Shown here piece after piece: positions 38,631-50,829 of a stretch of DNA of 64,000 bases. Position 1 is the first letter of the stretch. Every line of letters starts with the position of its first letter. A program made the translations under genes and the position numbers. The notes below the pieces were generated by a model. It had not been told where the DNA came from. It worked only from the letters and a program-made list of their open reading frames with translations, and did not search any database. This DNA comes from Cystobasidiomycetes sp. EMM_F5 (Eukaryota): positions 1 through 64,000 of the forward strand of contig JBPGPT010000043.1 of the NCBI GenBank assembly GCA_051047955.1. Reading direction: 5' to 3'.

Positions 38631-39457
38631 CTATTGTACCGAACAGCAATCACGGGCATATGTCGACTTGTCACGACTGACACTGTCCACAGAGTAGTAT
38701 CCTACTGATATACTGCCCGAAACGACGTCCACACTGCAAAAGTCCTCGAGCGTTGTTGCCATGTCTGTGCAGCAAGGGAACGCCTGCTCGTCCTTGGCTT
38801 TGTCGTCGTAATACGCATGATCCGATGTGTACCTGGGAGGTGAAGAAGACGAAGACGATGGTTCCACACGATATCGTCTCCTCTTCTCGCTGTCCCCACC
38901 TTCTTCTACGCTGTGCGACGCAAGGGCATCAGATAGGACGATCTGTCCGTTGACAGACTGCAGGTCAAGAATGCCCTTGAAAGTCTCAGGGAGTGCTACA
39001 GTGACGCTTCCTGTCAGAATCAAGTCAATGTAAGACGATATTGAGGATGAAGAATTGGATAGCGAATCTCACCCGCCGTATTAGTGACACGTATATCCAG
39101 AGCCTGAGCGTGCTGCTGTTCCGGAACAGCTAGATGGATAGCACCGCTCGTACCACCGACTCTGATCTGTATAGCTCTGTTCAATCCGCCTTGGAAGTAC
39201 AGAGTAGCATGGATGTCGCCAGAGGTGCTTTGGAGCCTCACATCCGGTCCGTTATTCACTGTAGCGACAGCGACGACGTACGTCCCCGCAATAGCGTCGC
39301 TCACTGTAGACCGTATACTGCGCAAAGTACATCAGATACCTTTATCAGTGCTGTCGGTTGTAGTTGTGTCAGCTTGCAAAGGAGCGTTGACGCGATGGGC
39401 ATCTCGAGGAGGAGGAAGTGTCGCTCCATCGAAAGCGGGCAGAGCAAGAGGGGGCAT
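38631..39457 (-). CDS. Hypothetical protein with repeated beta-strand S/T-x-x-G-x-I units (solenoid/adhesin-like); 2 introns
   Basis: Recurring LQSTSGDIHATL, VGGTSGAIHLAV, VTNTA-GSVTVAL, LQSVNGQIVLS, VDVVSGSISVGY; 5' exon inferred through a GC-AG intron. Confidence 0.6.
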
Positions 39458-39654
39458 CGGGATTCTTAAAACTCCAGAGTTTGACGGAAATGCAAGATAA
39501 AGGAGGGTCCATTTCTAACTTCATACGGTATGAATAGTCCGCACAAGCCACGGTGGCAAAAATCAAATTGGCTAGTGTCGACATATCCTTACTACGTTCA
39601 AAAGTGCTATCAATGCTACACGTTCAATGGCAGTCGCCTATCTTGCTTGTCAAC

Positions 39655-40863
39655 TTAGAAGAGAGCGGCTGCATTAAAGCGACCATGTCATTAGCGAAAT
39701 GAAAACGGGATGTTAGCGCTGGCGTTGTCGCTTACCACCCAGGAGTGCTCCACCTCCGAGTCCAAGCATCGCGCCAGACATACCAAGCCCCGGGTAGTAT
39801 CCACCGTAGCCTCTACCGTATCCGGGATCTGCATGCATAATGTGTTTAGTATGACTCGTCTCTCTACCTGTTCAGACTCACATCCGTAGCCTCGTCCGTA
39901 GCCCATTGAAGGAGGATATACTGGTGCCCGGTACATCAAGTCATCTGCCAGATCACGCGCTCTGTGTTCTGCGTGTCTGCGTTGACGTTGGCGCTGTTCG
40001 GAAAGTAAATCAGCATGTGGCGCGTGTCCGCCGTTTCAAGACGAGACTCACCGCCGTCTCCTTTTTGTGGAATAATTTGCTCGTCTTACCGGGCGGATTG
40101 CGCTTTTCGTACTCTTCTGGCGTGCCCATCTTTGCTAGCTCATGCTGCACCAGGTCTTCCATCTTGACTCTTTGGACCTGCTGACCATTGACCATTCTAA
40201 CTGTGCCCGGAAACGGAGACTGCATAGTGCTCGTTCCGCCTTGCCGTACACCTGGCCCAGCGGGTCCCCAAACTTGCTGCTGCTGCTGCCCTTGGAGATG
40301 CTCTGGAAGATCGCGGGGCTGGTAGCCTGGCTGCTGCATTTCTGAGGATATCTGACTCTGTATGCCTCCTCGGTATGATTGTGTTTGTGGTGGGAGCGGT
40401 CGCGAAGTCGGTTCTGGCGTCGGCTCGGGCTCATTCTGCCAAAGTTGGTCGACATAGTGCTCGGGATCCATGCCGCGCGGTACAGTCGACTGCCATTCGG
40501 GATCATCCAGCGGGTGAGTCCATATAGACCTTGGTCCCTTGGGATTTCTCGTATCGACAAAGAAGAAGCCTGCAGTCGTTTCGAACGTCAATATCAAAAT
40601 GTCGTCATCCAGACGAGAAACGCACGGTCGTGCGAAGCATCGTACTGCGGCACCCAGCCAGGTGGTAGCTGCCTCTGCTCTTGCTCGATATCTTGCTCTT
40701 CCTGACTCGAGTCCCGTCGTTGAGCGTTGCGCCCTGCTCCGGTACTCGTGTTCGCTGTCGACCAGGAAGTCGCAACAGGGTTTCCGCCGTTGTTGGCAGG
40801 TCTTGCACCCGGTACGCTATCATATGCAGGTGGTGCTTCGGAGGGTTGAATGTTCTGCGACAT
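39655..40863 (-). CDS. WW-domain protein with PY-like motif and Gly-rich C-terminus (Wwm1-like architecture); 4 introns
   Basis: EAPPAYD; RQLPPGWVPQYDASHDR-FFFVDTRNPKGPRSIWTHP (WW domain); C-terminal GYGRGYG..GAMLGLGGGALLGAALF*. Confidence 0.8.
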
Positions 40864-41062
40864 GCTTGCGATTCTTTCAGTGGTTGAAGGAAAAGTAAGA
40901 AGTAACTTCCTGCCAGCCATACCGTCACTGGCATCGCCACTACTAATACTACATACGTTCACAGCGTGATTCGCTTCCTTGGGCTAGTCACCCCAACAAC
41001 AATCTTGACTTGGCGCCTTCTTCATGTCAAGGCCCTACACTTTTCCATCCTAGGCCTCTGCA

Positions 41063-43011
41063 TCAATAATCCTGCGGGACATAGGCCATGCCCGTCTTTG
41101 CGCTCCATGCCTCCTCTGCTTTGTTGAGCGCAGCAGCTCTGCGACTCAGCTCGAGCATCTGAGTCCGACAATCTTGCTCTCTTCTCCACTGCGCCGCCTC
41201 AATCTCGTTCCTGTCTCTGCCTCGCGCTCGCATACTGGCAATGCCTTCCTGCTCCGCCATGGCTGCCTCTCTCTTCTGGAGAATAGCGAGACGTTTGTTC
41301 AGCTCCTCTTCGTGGTCTGCATGTGTCGCTTTTATTGCATCCAGTATCTTCTCCTTCTCCGCAAGTCGTCGCTCCATTCTCTGTAACCGCTGGGATTCGG
41401 TCTGTAGTGCTTCGCGTTCCACATTGAGCTGGTCTCGTGCACTCTCTATCGTATCCATTGTCGCTTTGATGTCTGCGGTTGAGGAAGTCATCACAAGGTG
41501 AGCTTTTACCCCTCACGAACGAGGACTGTCCTGCTCACTCGAAAAGCTTGCATACGATTCAGCTCCTGCTGATACCTTCGCCGAAACATCGTCTAATGCA
41601 CAACCACATTGAGGGCATATCATACCGACGCCCTGCTGAGAGTGACTTCTGTACGCATTATTCGATGTTGACGCTTTAATGCCAGGTAACGTGGGTTGGA
41701 GCGTTGGGGATTGCACTTCCAATATATCCACGTCTATCAGACTATCGGCTTTGTGATGACTAGACGATGGAGCGACAGGGTGCGATGGATGTGTGGCAGA
41801 TATTTGGCTACTTAATTCAAATGTCGGAGCATCAAGCGTCTCCAGGTCTGCGTAGATGTTTGCAGCAGGAGGAGGAGCCTGTAGGGTATGAGAGTCTGAC
41901 TTGAATTGCACTTCGGGAGTAGTAGAGTGAACGCCATTCGGACGAGTGCCGGTGCTGCCGTTTGTATCTTTCGCGATAGGGTTGGAGAAGCTGACACGTT
42001 TGCTCGAGGACGATGTCGAAGATTGGGATTTGTCGCGGTACATTGCGGAGCTGCTGTCCTCCTGAAGGCTATTCTCTTGATTAACAAATGTATCTCCGGA
42101 CGGTGATGGTATGGGCATCAGGGTATTAGCGACGACGGGAGTAGATGACCGAATCTTCCATGGCGCATGTGAGTCGTACTGCACATTCTCGATATCGTCG
42201 CTCGAACCTTGTCTTTTCTCAATGATCGTTCGATGAGCATGCTCGTACGGAAGCAGTGAGGAATAGTAAATATCTCGCAGCTGCTCCAAGGTACTGGTCG
42301 GACTCGTGGACGCGGGCGGGAGTGACAACTCCCTTGCGATATTTCTCCACACATTACCCTTACAAACCTAGCGAAGGGCTGTTTCATCAAGCAAACCACC
42401 AATGAGACAGATTACGAAGAGCTTACATTGACGTAGCCTCCGCGGTGCTGTACCACCAGATACAGCTTGTAGAGGTCCACAGCTCTATCTTCGACATGTG
42501 GCATCTCCGTAAATGGGTTGCCGGAGTCGTGCATGCTTCGGAACAGTCTAGACATGAAACGATCTTGGCCTTCACTTTGTGTGTCTACTGCCATCTGCTT
42601 GTGTATTTCCACGTCGGCCAGTGAGATGTCTGCAGCATCTTGAATTTCAGGACTGATAACATTCTCTTTGGCTGCGGAGGGTACGGCTCCACATGCTTCA
42701 TCGACGCGCAAAATGTCAGTATTGCTCAATCTAGGCTTATACGCTTCGTTGGAGTAGCCGTTTATTGGAATGGCTTGGTGCGTAGTCTTGTCCGACACGT
42801 GTTGCAGCTCTGCCAGCTGCTCGTGTAAAAGCACGACCTGCTGGCCGAACCCTCTGATAATCGTGTAGAGTACGTCTAGCCGCTCATTGACAACAACTTG
42901 GTGCTGCCGCTGCTCGAGCTGGACGCTGCGTATGTCGCCCGAGTTTCGTAGAATCTCGCTGTTTGCAGCCTTGAGGGCTTGTACGAGGACGTCGTACGTG
43001 ACAAACGACAT
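41063..43011 (-). CDS. ARID/BRIGHT-domain protein with N- and C-terminal coiled coils; 2 introns
   Basis: FMSRLFRSM..PHVEDRAVDLYKLYLVVQHRGGYVN..WRNIARELSLP..LRDIYYSSLLPYE is a typical ARID pattern. Confidence 0.8.
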
Positions 43012-43287
43012 GCTGATGGCTGAGCAGTCATTCAGTCATAATGCGCCATTACTCCCAGTTGGCAGCTTGTAACATACAGAGTCAGAATGATTGCAGACTT
43101 GTCTGACATTATTTTGCCTATAGATTGCCAACATTCATGCCCGTCAACGACTTACCGACACAAGGAAACAAACTCGCATTCAGAGGACAATCAAGGACAG
43201 GCTTGGAGCCTCGCTCGATAAAGCACAACGCAGTCCAGATGGATACGCTGCGTTAGACGAGAGAAACGCTGAGCCTGCAAACACCCC

Positions 43288-46200
43288 ATGCCGCCGTCGG
43301 GCATGCTCACCGGCGGCCGCAGCAAGCCCAGCGACAGGATAAGTTCGGTCAGGCATAGCAGCGAAAAGGAAGCCATCGCCATCAGCAGGGAGCTCACCCA
43401 GTTGCTCGAGAAGCGCGACCCGTGGCATCAGGATGTCGTCTTTGCGAGGGAAAAGCGAGTATTGATACTTGGTGTATAGCGTGGCTCATCAGCTGACTGC
43501 TGAATGTCATCGTCGCAGCCTCCGCCGCCATTGTTTAGCTCTCATCTTTACGACACCAAAAGAGGGCGACGCAGCTGCGACAGCTTCCGGACTCGCTCGG
43601 CGGCGACTTCAAGGGCTGAATCTCTTGTTTCTCGTCACCTCGCACAACATCATCCACCAGTACAGGCAACGTTTGGCAGCCGCCGACAAGGCTATCGCCA
43701 GTGGTGCCGCAGTAGATGACAATGCAGGCAAGACCGACAAGCGAGGCAGAGGCGCCCATGCCGGTAGCAGTAGCAGCGGAAGCAGCAGACATGCAACCTC
43801 AGCACGAGTAGCCAACAGCAACACAACGCCCTCTCAGCGCAAGCGTTTGGCACAGTCATTTCGAGACTTTCTCGGCAAGGAGGAGGCATTCTGGAGAGAC
43901 TTGCTCGTTCGCATCGTGGGGGTCTTCAACATTGAGGAAGCCCGTGCAGCACTACGCATCTTGGACATGGACGAGGGAGACTGGGAGCCCGATGTGAACC
44001 TCGACAGCAGCAAGGGGGTTCACGATCAAGCTATTCTGTTGTGCCATCGTACTCTAGTGTGCTATGGCGATCTGGCGAGGTACAAGGAAATGTACAGTGA
44101 CGCTCAGCCATCACAGACGTCTAGTCGTGGAGGTCATTCTTTCCAGCAACGACGCCCTCGAGGTGGCAAACTCGCCCCAGCTGCCCCCTCAAACGCAAAC
44201 AACCCGGTAAAAGATTGGTCCCGGTCATACCAAGCGTATCACCAAGCGCGGCTTCTAGTGCCTGATGATGGCAACCCGTACAACCAATTGGCAGTCATTT
44301 CGGGCTACAAACACGACACCTTGGCCAGCGTGTACTACTATTATCGCGCACTATGCGTCAAGAAGGCTTTTCCAGCAGCCCAACAGAATCTCGCCTCCGT
44401 CTTGAAAAAGGCAATGGTCGCCTATGAAGCTGAGAAGCGAAAGGAGCAAGATGTAGCCAGGCTTCGTGCCGCTGACGGATCTTACGCTGACATCGATGAC
44501 GATCGCACACCGGGCGCTCGTTCTGCAGTTAATCCAAGAACTGGTATTGCGCCAGCCAAATCGCCAGAGGCGCTAGTTGACTCCTTGAAGAAGATTGTGG
44601 TCACGTTTCACGCCCTCTTGTTAAAAGAGCCAGACACCGTCCCCTCGGGAAACCCCGTCGACCTCGCACAGCAGTTTGGTGTTTGTATCCGATCTCGTTT
44701 ACTACCATCGGATGTCATAGTAAAAGTGGCAGTGATGGCCATAGGATCCTGGTGGTGCGCGCGAATGTACCGCTCTGATCAGCCGAGTGTCAACAAGAAG
44801 GGCAAGCAGGTGTCTGCCGAGACCAAAGTAGACCATACGGCTGTTGAGAACACGACTCTACTGCATACTCTGGCCATCTTTACTGAACTCTGCAAAGTCG
44901 CTTATGCGGAGACTTGCGACGTTCAACTGCACGAGACTCTGCAGGCTCCTGCGACTGCACCACCGGCCGAGCGATCTATGCTGCTCGCGACTAGTATAAC
45001 TGCCGTACATCGTCGAATGCTCCCAGCTCTGCGGATCCTGGGCATGTGGGCATCCTCAAGCGCAGACTATCTTGCTGCTTATGATACAACAGCTGCGACA
45101 TATCGTGCCAGTGACAACAGCAAGCCCCTCAGCATCTGTGATGCTGTTAAAACTTTCTGGTATTCATACTCGGTGTATGTCAACGCACTCACAAAGACCT
45201 TCCCGCAAGACATATTGCCGTTGACGGCTGGAGACTTGATGCTCGAAGAAGATATTGATATGCTCGGCTTTGCGCCGCTCAAAAGGCGCTTGAAGGATGC
45301 TGCTGTTGGCAAAGCAGCTCAAGGTGTTTCGGCAGCTATCGCAGCTTCGGCAAAAGCGATGGCCAATTTGCATCCAAACGAGGAACAAGTGCTTCGGATT
45401 GGTGATCTTTTGGCAGGGGCGAATCTTCTTGCTCAATCTGAGGTAAGTCATCGAGACGTCACATACACAAGACTGTCCATAGACCTCAGCTGATGTAGAA
45501 TTTTCAAGTCATGCCCCGTTATCATCGAGAATGGCATCTTTGTCTTGCGCAAGAAGAAGCTTAACCCTACCTCCGAGCCCTGGAATCCTGTTAAATCTCA
45601 TGTCTCTGTAGCTGCACCGGCAGCCGACAACACGGCTGGGCAATCTGACTATGTCGACGAAGAGGACGATGGGTATCCTGGCTTCGAGTCCTTTGTTTTG
45701 AACGACAATGACGAGGAAGACATGGACTTTGCCGCAGCCAGTGATGTGGCAGGCGACGAGGATGTGCTAGACTTGGCCATGAGGGTCGCTACCGGCGAGC
45801 AGGATCGAGCAGGTCTACAGGCAGCGAATAACGATGACGAGGACGACGACGATGAGGAAGTGCTCTACCCGACTCGGGCCATTGTTCAGCAGATCCAAGC
45901 ATCCCTGCCTATCGGTCGACCAGCCAGTACCCATACTCCGTCACCGCCGATACAATCTAGGGCGCTATCAACATCGCAGCTAACTGCTTCCGGTCCTGGC
46001 CGCACTGCGTCGGACCTGTTACTTCAAGTCTTGTCGGGTAACTCACTGGAAAACTTTCCGAACCCTCCAGCAGCGCCTTTCTCGCTTACGCGAGGCAGCA
46101 CAGTCGCAGCAGGGTTTCCAAGCAGTTCGCCATCGCTTACCGCTCAGCAGAATACCGGACCAACTCGCTCTATATGGGCATCCGCTTCGCAAGTACCAGT

Positions 46201-46513
46201 CACTGCACCGAGCCTCGGACACCAACGTAGCTCTGGTGGTATGGGCTCTGGAAGTGCCGCTGAAGCACTCTTCAACAGTATGCCTAATCAAAACCAAGCG
46301 AGCGGACAGCAGCAATCTTCGCCAATCATGGCTGCAGCAAACAGAATCGCTTCCTCAGGAGCTGGCGCGTTTGGGGCTATCGGTAGCGGTGCTGGCACCA
46401 GTCAGCCATCATCTCCGAAAAGGCAGCCAGGACCGGCCGCTCATCATTCTCTTGCTATGAATGCCCCGCCCGGCTTGGCTGTCAATCAGAATGTGTACCG
46501 AAGACACGGCTGA
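43288..46513 (+). CDS. Est1/Ebs1/SMG7-like protein (14-3-3-like TPR domain; NMD/telomerase family); 2 introns
   Basis: HRTLVCYGDLARYKE..YHQARLLVPDDGNPYNQLAVIS..SVYYYYRALC..FPAAQQNL; LEEDIDMLGFAPL; low-complexity C-terminus with no visible PIN domain. Confidence 0.85.
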
Positions 46514-46846
46514 ACAGGACGCAAGCTTATTGACGAAGTTCAACGCTCTACCTCATACCGCAGTTTGCTACTGGATGTTCCGGACCAAGCGAATACTACC
46601 GTCGACAAGCGGATTTGGTTAGAACAAATCACTGCACGGGCTGCCAGAAAAGACTCAAATAGTGCAGTCCTTAAATCGCTGGTCAAGACGGCTATAACAA
46701 CCTTGAGATGACAAGACTTTATTGCAGCCAGCCAACTGAAAGTCAAGATCATACAAGGCTCATTACTGCAGTTGCAAGTTCGGATAGGCAGACTTCGAGA
46801 GCATCTGGGTAGGCTACCATGCGGTTTGTTCTATCTATAAGACGAG

Positions 46847-48440
46847 CTACCGAAAGCGCGAACGTTCACGAGTTCGTTGAAGCGCTCGCAACCAGGCGAC
46901 CACAAATATTGCAGATATTGTTGCGGCTCCGCCCGTCGAGAATACAGTGCCATATATTGCTCGTATGACGTTTCGTAAGCCAAACCTGGGTGTCTTCGAT
47001 ATTCGTCCATCCTTGCTGTCGGTTGCTGTGCTGCGGAATGAATTTTCCAGCTGCCCAATGCGTCTTGACACGAGCTCCATCTGCTGTGATAGACTCTGTA
47101 TAGTCAGTCCCGCATCGATCAAAGTGGCTGCCCTCGTTTCTGTTGCAGTACGATTCGCTCCTTGCCATGAGCCGAGTGTGGGAGGGATCCATTTGTCGCC
47201 CGTCAGGGCGGCCCGTGCAGCTGGTACTTGCAGTCTTAGGACGACATCTCTAAATCTCATCAGAGTCCTCGGAGCAACAGATTGCGTGATCGTTGTCATG
47301 AGCCGCGCTGGAAGCCAGGCTGTTTGATGTGGCGGATTCAGTCGTCGTGCCTCAAGGTGAAGAAAAGTACACTCACAGCCAATAGAGCTAAGGTCTGATA
47401 CTTGAGTCATCTTACAACCGCTATTGTCATCGTCAGAAAGGACAAATCCAGCGATGGAGAGTTCTATGCGATTATGACCGGAAAGTGGAGGCATGGCTAC
47501 ATGTTCTACACTATCGGTCGCGATATTCAGCAAATTCGCACACGACAACCGTACGTGACGGGTACTAACCTTGTCAGAGCTCGGACTAGTTGTAGTGTTC
47601 TCCCTGGTAAGCGAGCACTCACTGCCAGCATAACCATGTCCGTTGGTTTCACTATAGAGCCAGTGTTAGATGCTGCTTGACATCTTCAGACTTCACTTTT
47701 CACCTGGAAATTTTCCCTTAGTCGCTAGATGAATCACGTTCGCATCCCTGATTGGCCCGCTTAGGGATTCCACGTCTGAAGAGCTGCTACACATAGAATC
47801 CCACGACGTTCTCTGATCGAGGTCCGTGAGTACTTCCCATGCATGTCTAATGGGAACGCCTGGCAGAGCCATCGACATCTGATTGGCGTCAGTCCAGACA
47901 ACAAAGTCTGGTCTCTTGGGTACTCACAGCATACAGGTGAGGCACACTTGGGTGCCTACATACCGTTATTGAGTCGGTCTGTAGTTGTACATCCCATGCG
48001 GACAATTTCGTTTTCATCACTGTGGGCTCACTGTCCGGGAGGTACTGCAACTGCTCTGGGTCGACAACTGCTAAAAAGTTGGCCAAGCATGCATCTATTC
48101 GCTTGTTGGTGTAAACGGGATGCTCTTGTTGAATCGATGTCTGAGGTATTGACGCATCTGCCAACTTGTGACTTTCTTTCGCGGACGTATCTTCCTGGCC
48201 ATTTCTTGGCTCGACCCGGATTTTGACCTTATGTTTGCTCTTGCGGATCCACGACCCGAATGATAATGACTGAACGAAGAATATTGTCGCAATCTGAGCA
48301 AACGCAATCCGGAGAATCGAGGTGTCGGGGCGACCGAGAGCGAGCAGGACAAGAATGGGAGACAGCGACGCAAAGAGCGAGTGGAAGGGGAATGTGGAAG
48401 ACTTCAGCACGCCAGAAGCGCGCAGATGAGAACCTGTCAT
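46847..48440 (-). CDS. START/Bet v1-like lipid-transfer protein with N- and C-terminal TM segments, paralog B; 4 introns
   Basis: WEVLTDLDQRTSWDSMC, HLATKGKFP-VKPTDMVML, SVEH..P, AGFVL..GCKMTQVSDL..WLPARLM. Confidence 0.78.
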
Positions 48441-48702
48441 GTCATAGTGGGAGCTGGCGAGCGTAAGGCTGAAAGGCCATTAGCGTCAGACGGGAGAACA
48501 GCCTACACCTTTATGGCGGCCGCGGGTTTATACGTAGCGACAGCTTTAAACAATATTGGGTAGTATTACAGCACGCCGCAGCATATCAACACCCCATATG
48601 GCAACACTGAACAGGTTTCTAGGTACTATAGCATTGGATCTTAGGGCTACATGTAATGTGAACAACAAGGAAGATCCTGCGCGGTGAAGCGCACATAGTG
48701 TC

Positions 48703-50737
48703 CTATTTAAGTTGTTTCCGGAAATAGTATACAGCAACAGCCGCGATTGTCGCAGCAGATGTCGTGGAGAAGATGCCGGCGCCAAGTCCAGTCAGAAAAC
48801 CACGAAGGCTGATGCTTCCAGCCGCTCGTGACAACCAGCCTAGTGGTCCGGAACTTTCGTTTGCAGATATCAGAGCGCTTCCTGTGACTTTACCGACGCC
48901 CACGGGTGCAGAGGGTGGATGAAGCGCTCCTCCATTCACATGTTGAAACGGCGGCGCACTGGTTGTTGGAGTAAACGCAGGAGCGAGTGTGCCAGTTGCT
49001 GTCTCGAGGTGCGACAGCCTCTGATTTACCTGCCTCAGTTGGGAAACGAGTTCGTTAATGTCGCGGGCTGATGATGCTGGCAGATTATCCAAGCTCGATA
49101 CACTGTCTGCCATTTCCGCATGCGTACCATCATCCTTCGAAGTGAGAGCGTCGCTGTCGTCTTTTGTATGGTCGCCTACAAGCGTCACTGACGAGGCCAC
49201 AGATCGAGTAGGCAATTCCCATGTCCCTAAAACTGGAGGCAGCCAAGCGTCATCGATTAGAGCCGCTCTCCTGCCAACAAGCTTGTGTCTGCAATACTGT
49301 TGTCAGATAGCTCTGCTAGAGGCAAGGATGCACTTGACTTACTGTCTCGCAGCTTCGCCGATGCGCACCAGACTGCGAGGAATGAGACTTTCGGTAACGA
49401 GTTTGATCATGCGTGACGGTACCCAAGCTATGTCAAGGCCCTACTGAGCTGGACTCAACATCATTCGAGATGGGAATGGACTTACACCCCAGAGCAGACA
49501 GATCTGTAATTTGCGTAACAGAGCAACCGCCATTGCCATCGTCCTCTGCGATGAATCCGGATACATTCAAGGACATGCGGGTGTATGAGCGGTAAACGGG
49601 CTTGTCGGGGTGCTCGACGCTGCCCAGCGAGGTCAGTTTCAATGTAAGTCTCCCTAGCGAGTGCTGCTCACGTTGTCGTCGCACATACTAGCCTTTTCGT
49701 CGTTGTCGGCAAAAGTTGCGCGTTCACGGACAACATGACCATATCAGTAGCTTTGACTGTAGACCAGATTGTGTCATATTAGACGCTGAAAAGAGTAGGC
49801 GCGATGTGGCATGCTCAAGACTTACCAGGAAACATGCCTTTTGTAGCGAGGTAGGTGATGGACGCTTGCCGGGTCGTGCCTTCTGTCTGGTCGTCCAGAC
49901 CGATCGCATCGATATCCTCGGTTGCGTAGCACATCGAGTCCCAGTTTGGTCTCTGTTTTATGTCTATTAAGAGCTCCCAAAGACTGCGCAGCGGAATATC
50001 TGCGTATGCTGCTGAAATCTGGTATAGAAGCAATACTCGTCAGCGTACTACGCAGAGTCGTAGTGCAAATCCAGACCAACAGAATAGAGATGCGGTATGC
50101 TCGGATGCTTGGCTACACGACAGGCTGGAGTGGTGAGCATCGCTTGCCAAGAGGATAGCGGGACAGGAGGGGCTAGCTCTGTGCCGTCATCAGAGCCCGG
50201 GAGATACTGCAGCTGATCCGAATCAACCAACGCCAACAAGCGTCTCAGACATGAGTCGATGCTCTTGTTGGAGTACAGGGAATGCTCCTGTATTGCCATA
50301 CCGCTTGCTGGAGGAAAGCCGGGCTTTAGGTCTGCTGCAATCATAGGGTCGACGGCAGCTGGGGCGGGTGCTACTGTTGGCGGTATGCTCTTTCGACGCT
50401 GACCAGCAGTAGCATCAACCAATGGCATTGTTTGGACTCCCGCTTCTTTGGGCAGTCCCGGATTGGCAACCCCATCGTCTTCCTGTCCGGCGATTTCGAG
50501 CTTGACTGGCCCAGCCGCTACGGCAATCGCTCGACGTGGTCTCCAGACTGTAACGGAAGAGTATATCGACAGAATCTGCACCAAGAGTATCGTGACGAGC
50601 TGTGCCAGCGCAATCTGGAGGATGCTCAGGTCGGGTCGAGTATTGAAGCCCAGCAGGACGAGAATGGGAGCGACGCTCGCCGCCAGTGAAGACGGCGACA
50701 CGCCTGGTCTCCTCGTCGTTGTCAGAGCTTGGTCCAT
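48703..50737 (-). CDS. START/Bet v1-like lipid-transfer protein with N- and C-terminal TM segments, paralog A; 5 introns
   Basis: WELLIDIKQRPNWDSMC, YLATKGMFP-VKATDMVML, VEHPDKP, SGFIAEDDGNGGCSVTQITDL..WVPSRMI; C-terminal IAAVAVYYFRKQLK*. Confidence 0.8.
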
Positions 50738-50829
50738 GATTCGTTCGATATTGTGACGAGCTCAAAGTCCAACTCGTCATTTGGTCAATCGAGGTCATCT
50801 ACTTTGGTTCCCGACCATGGACCCGGTCA

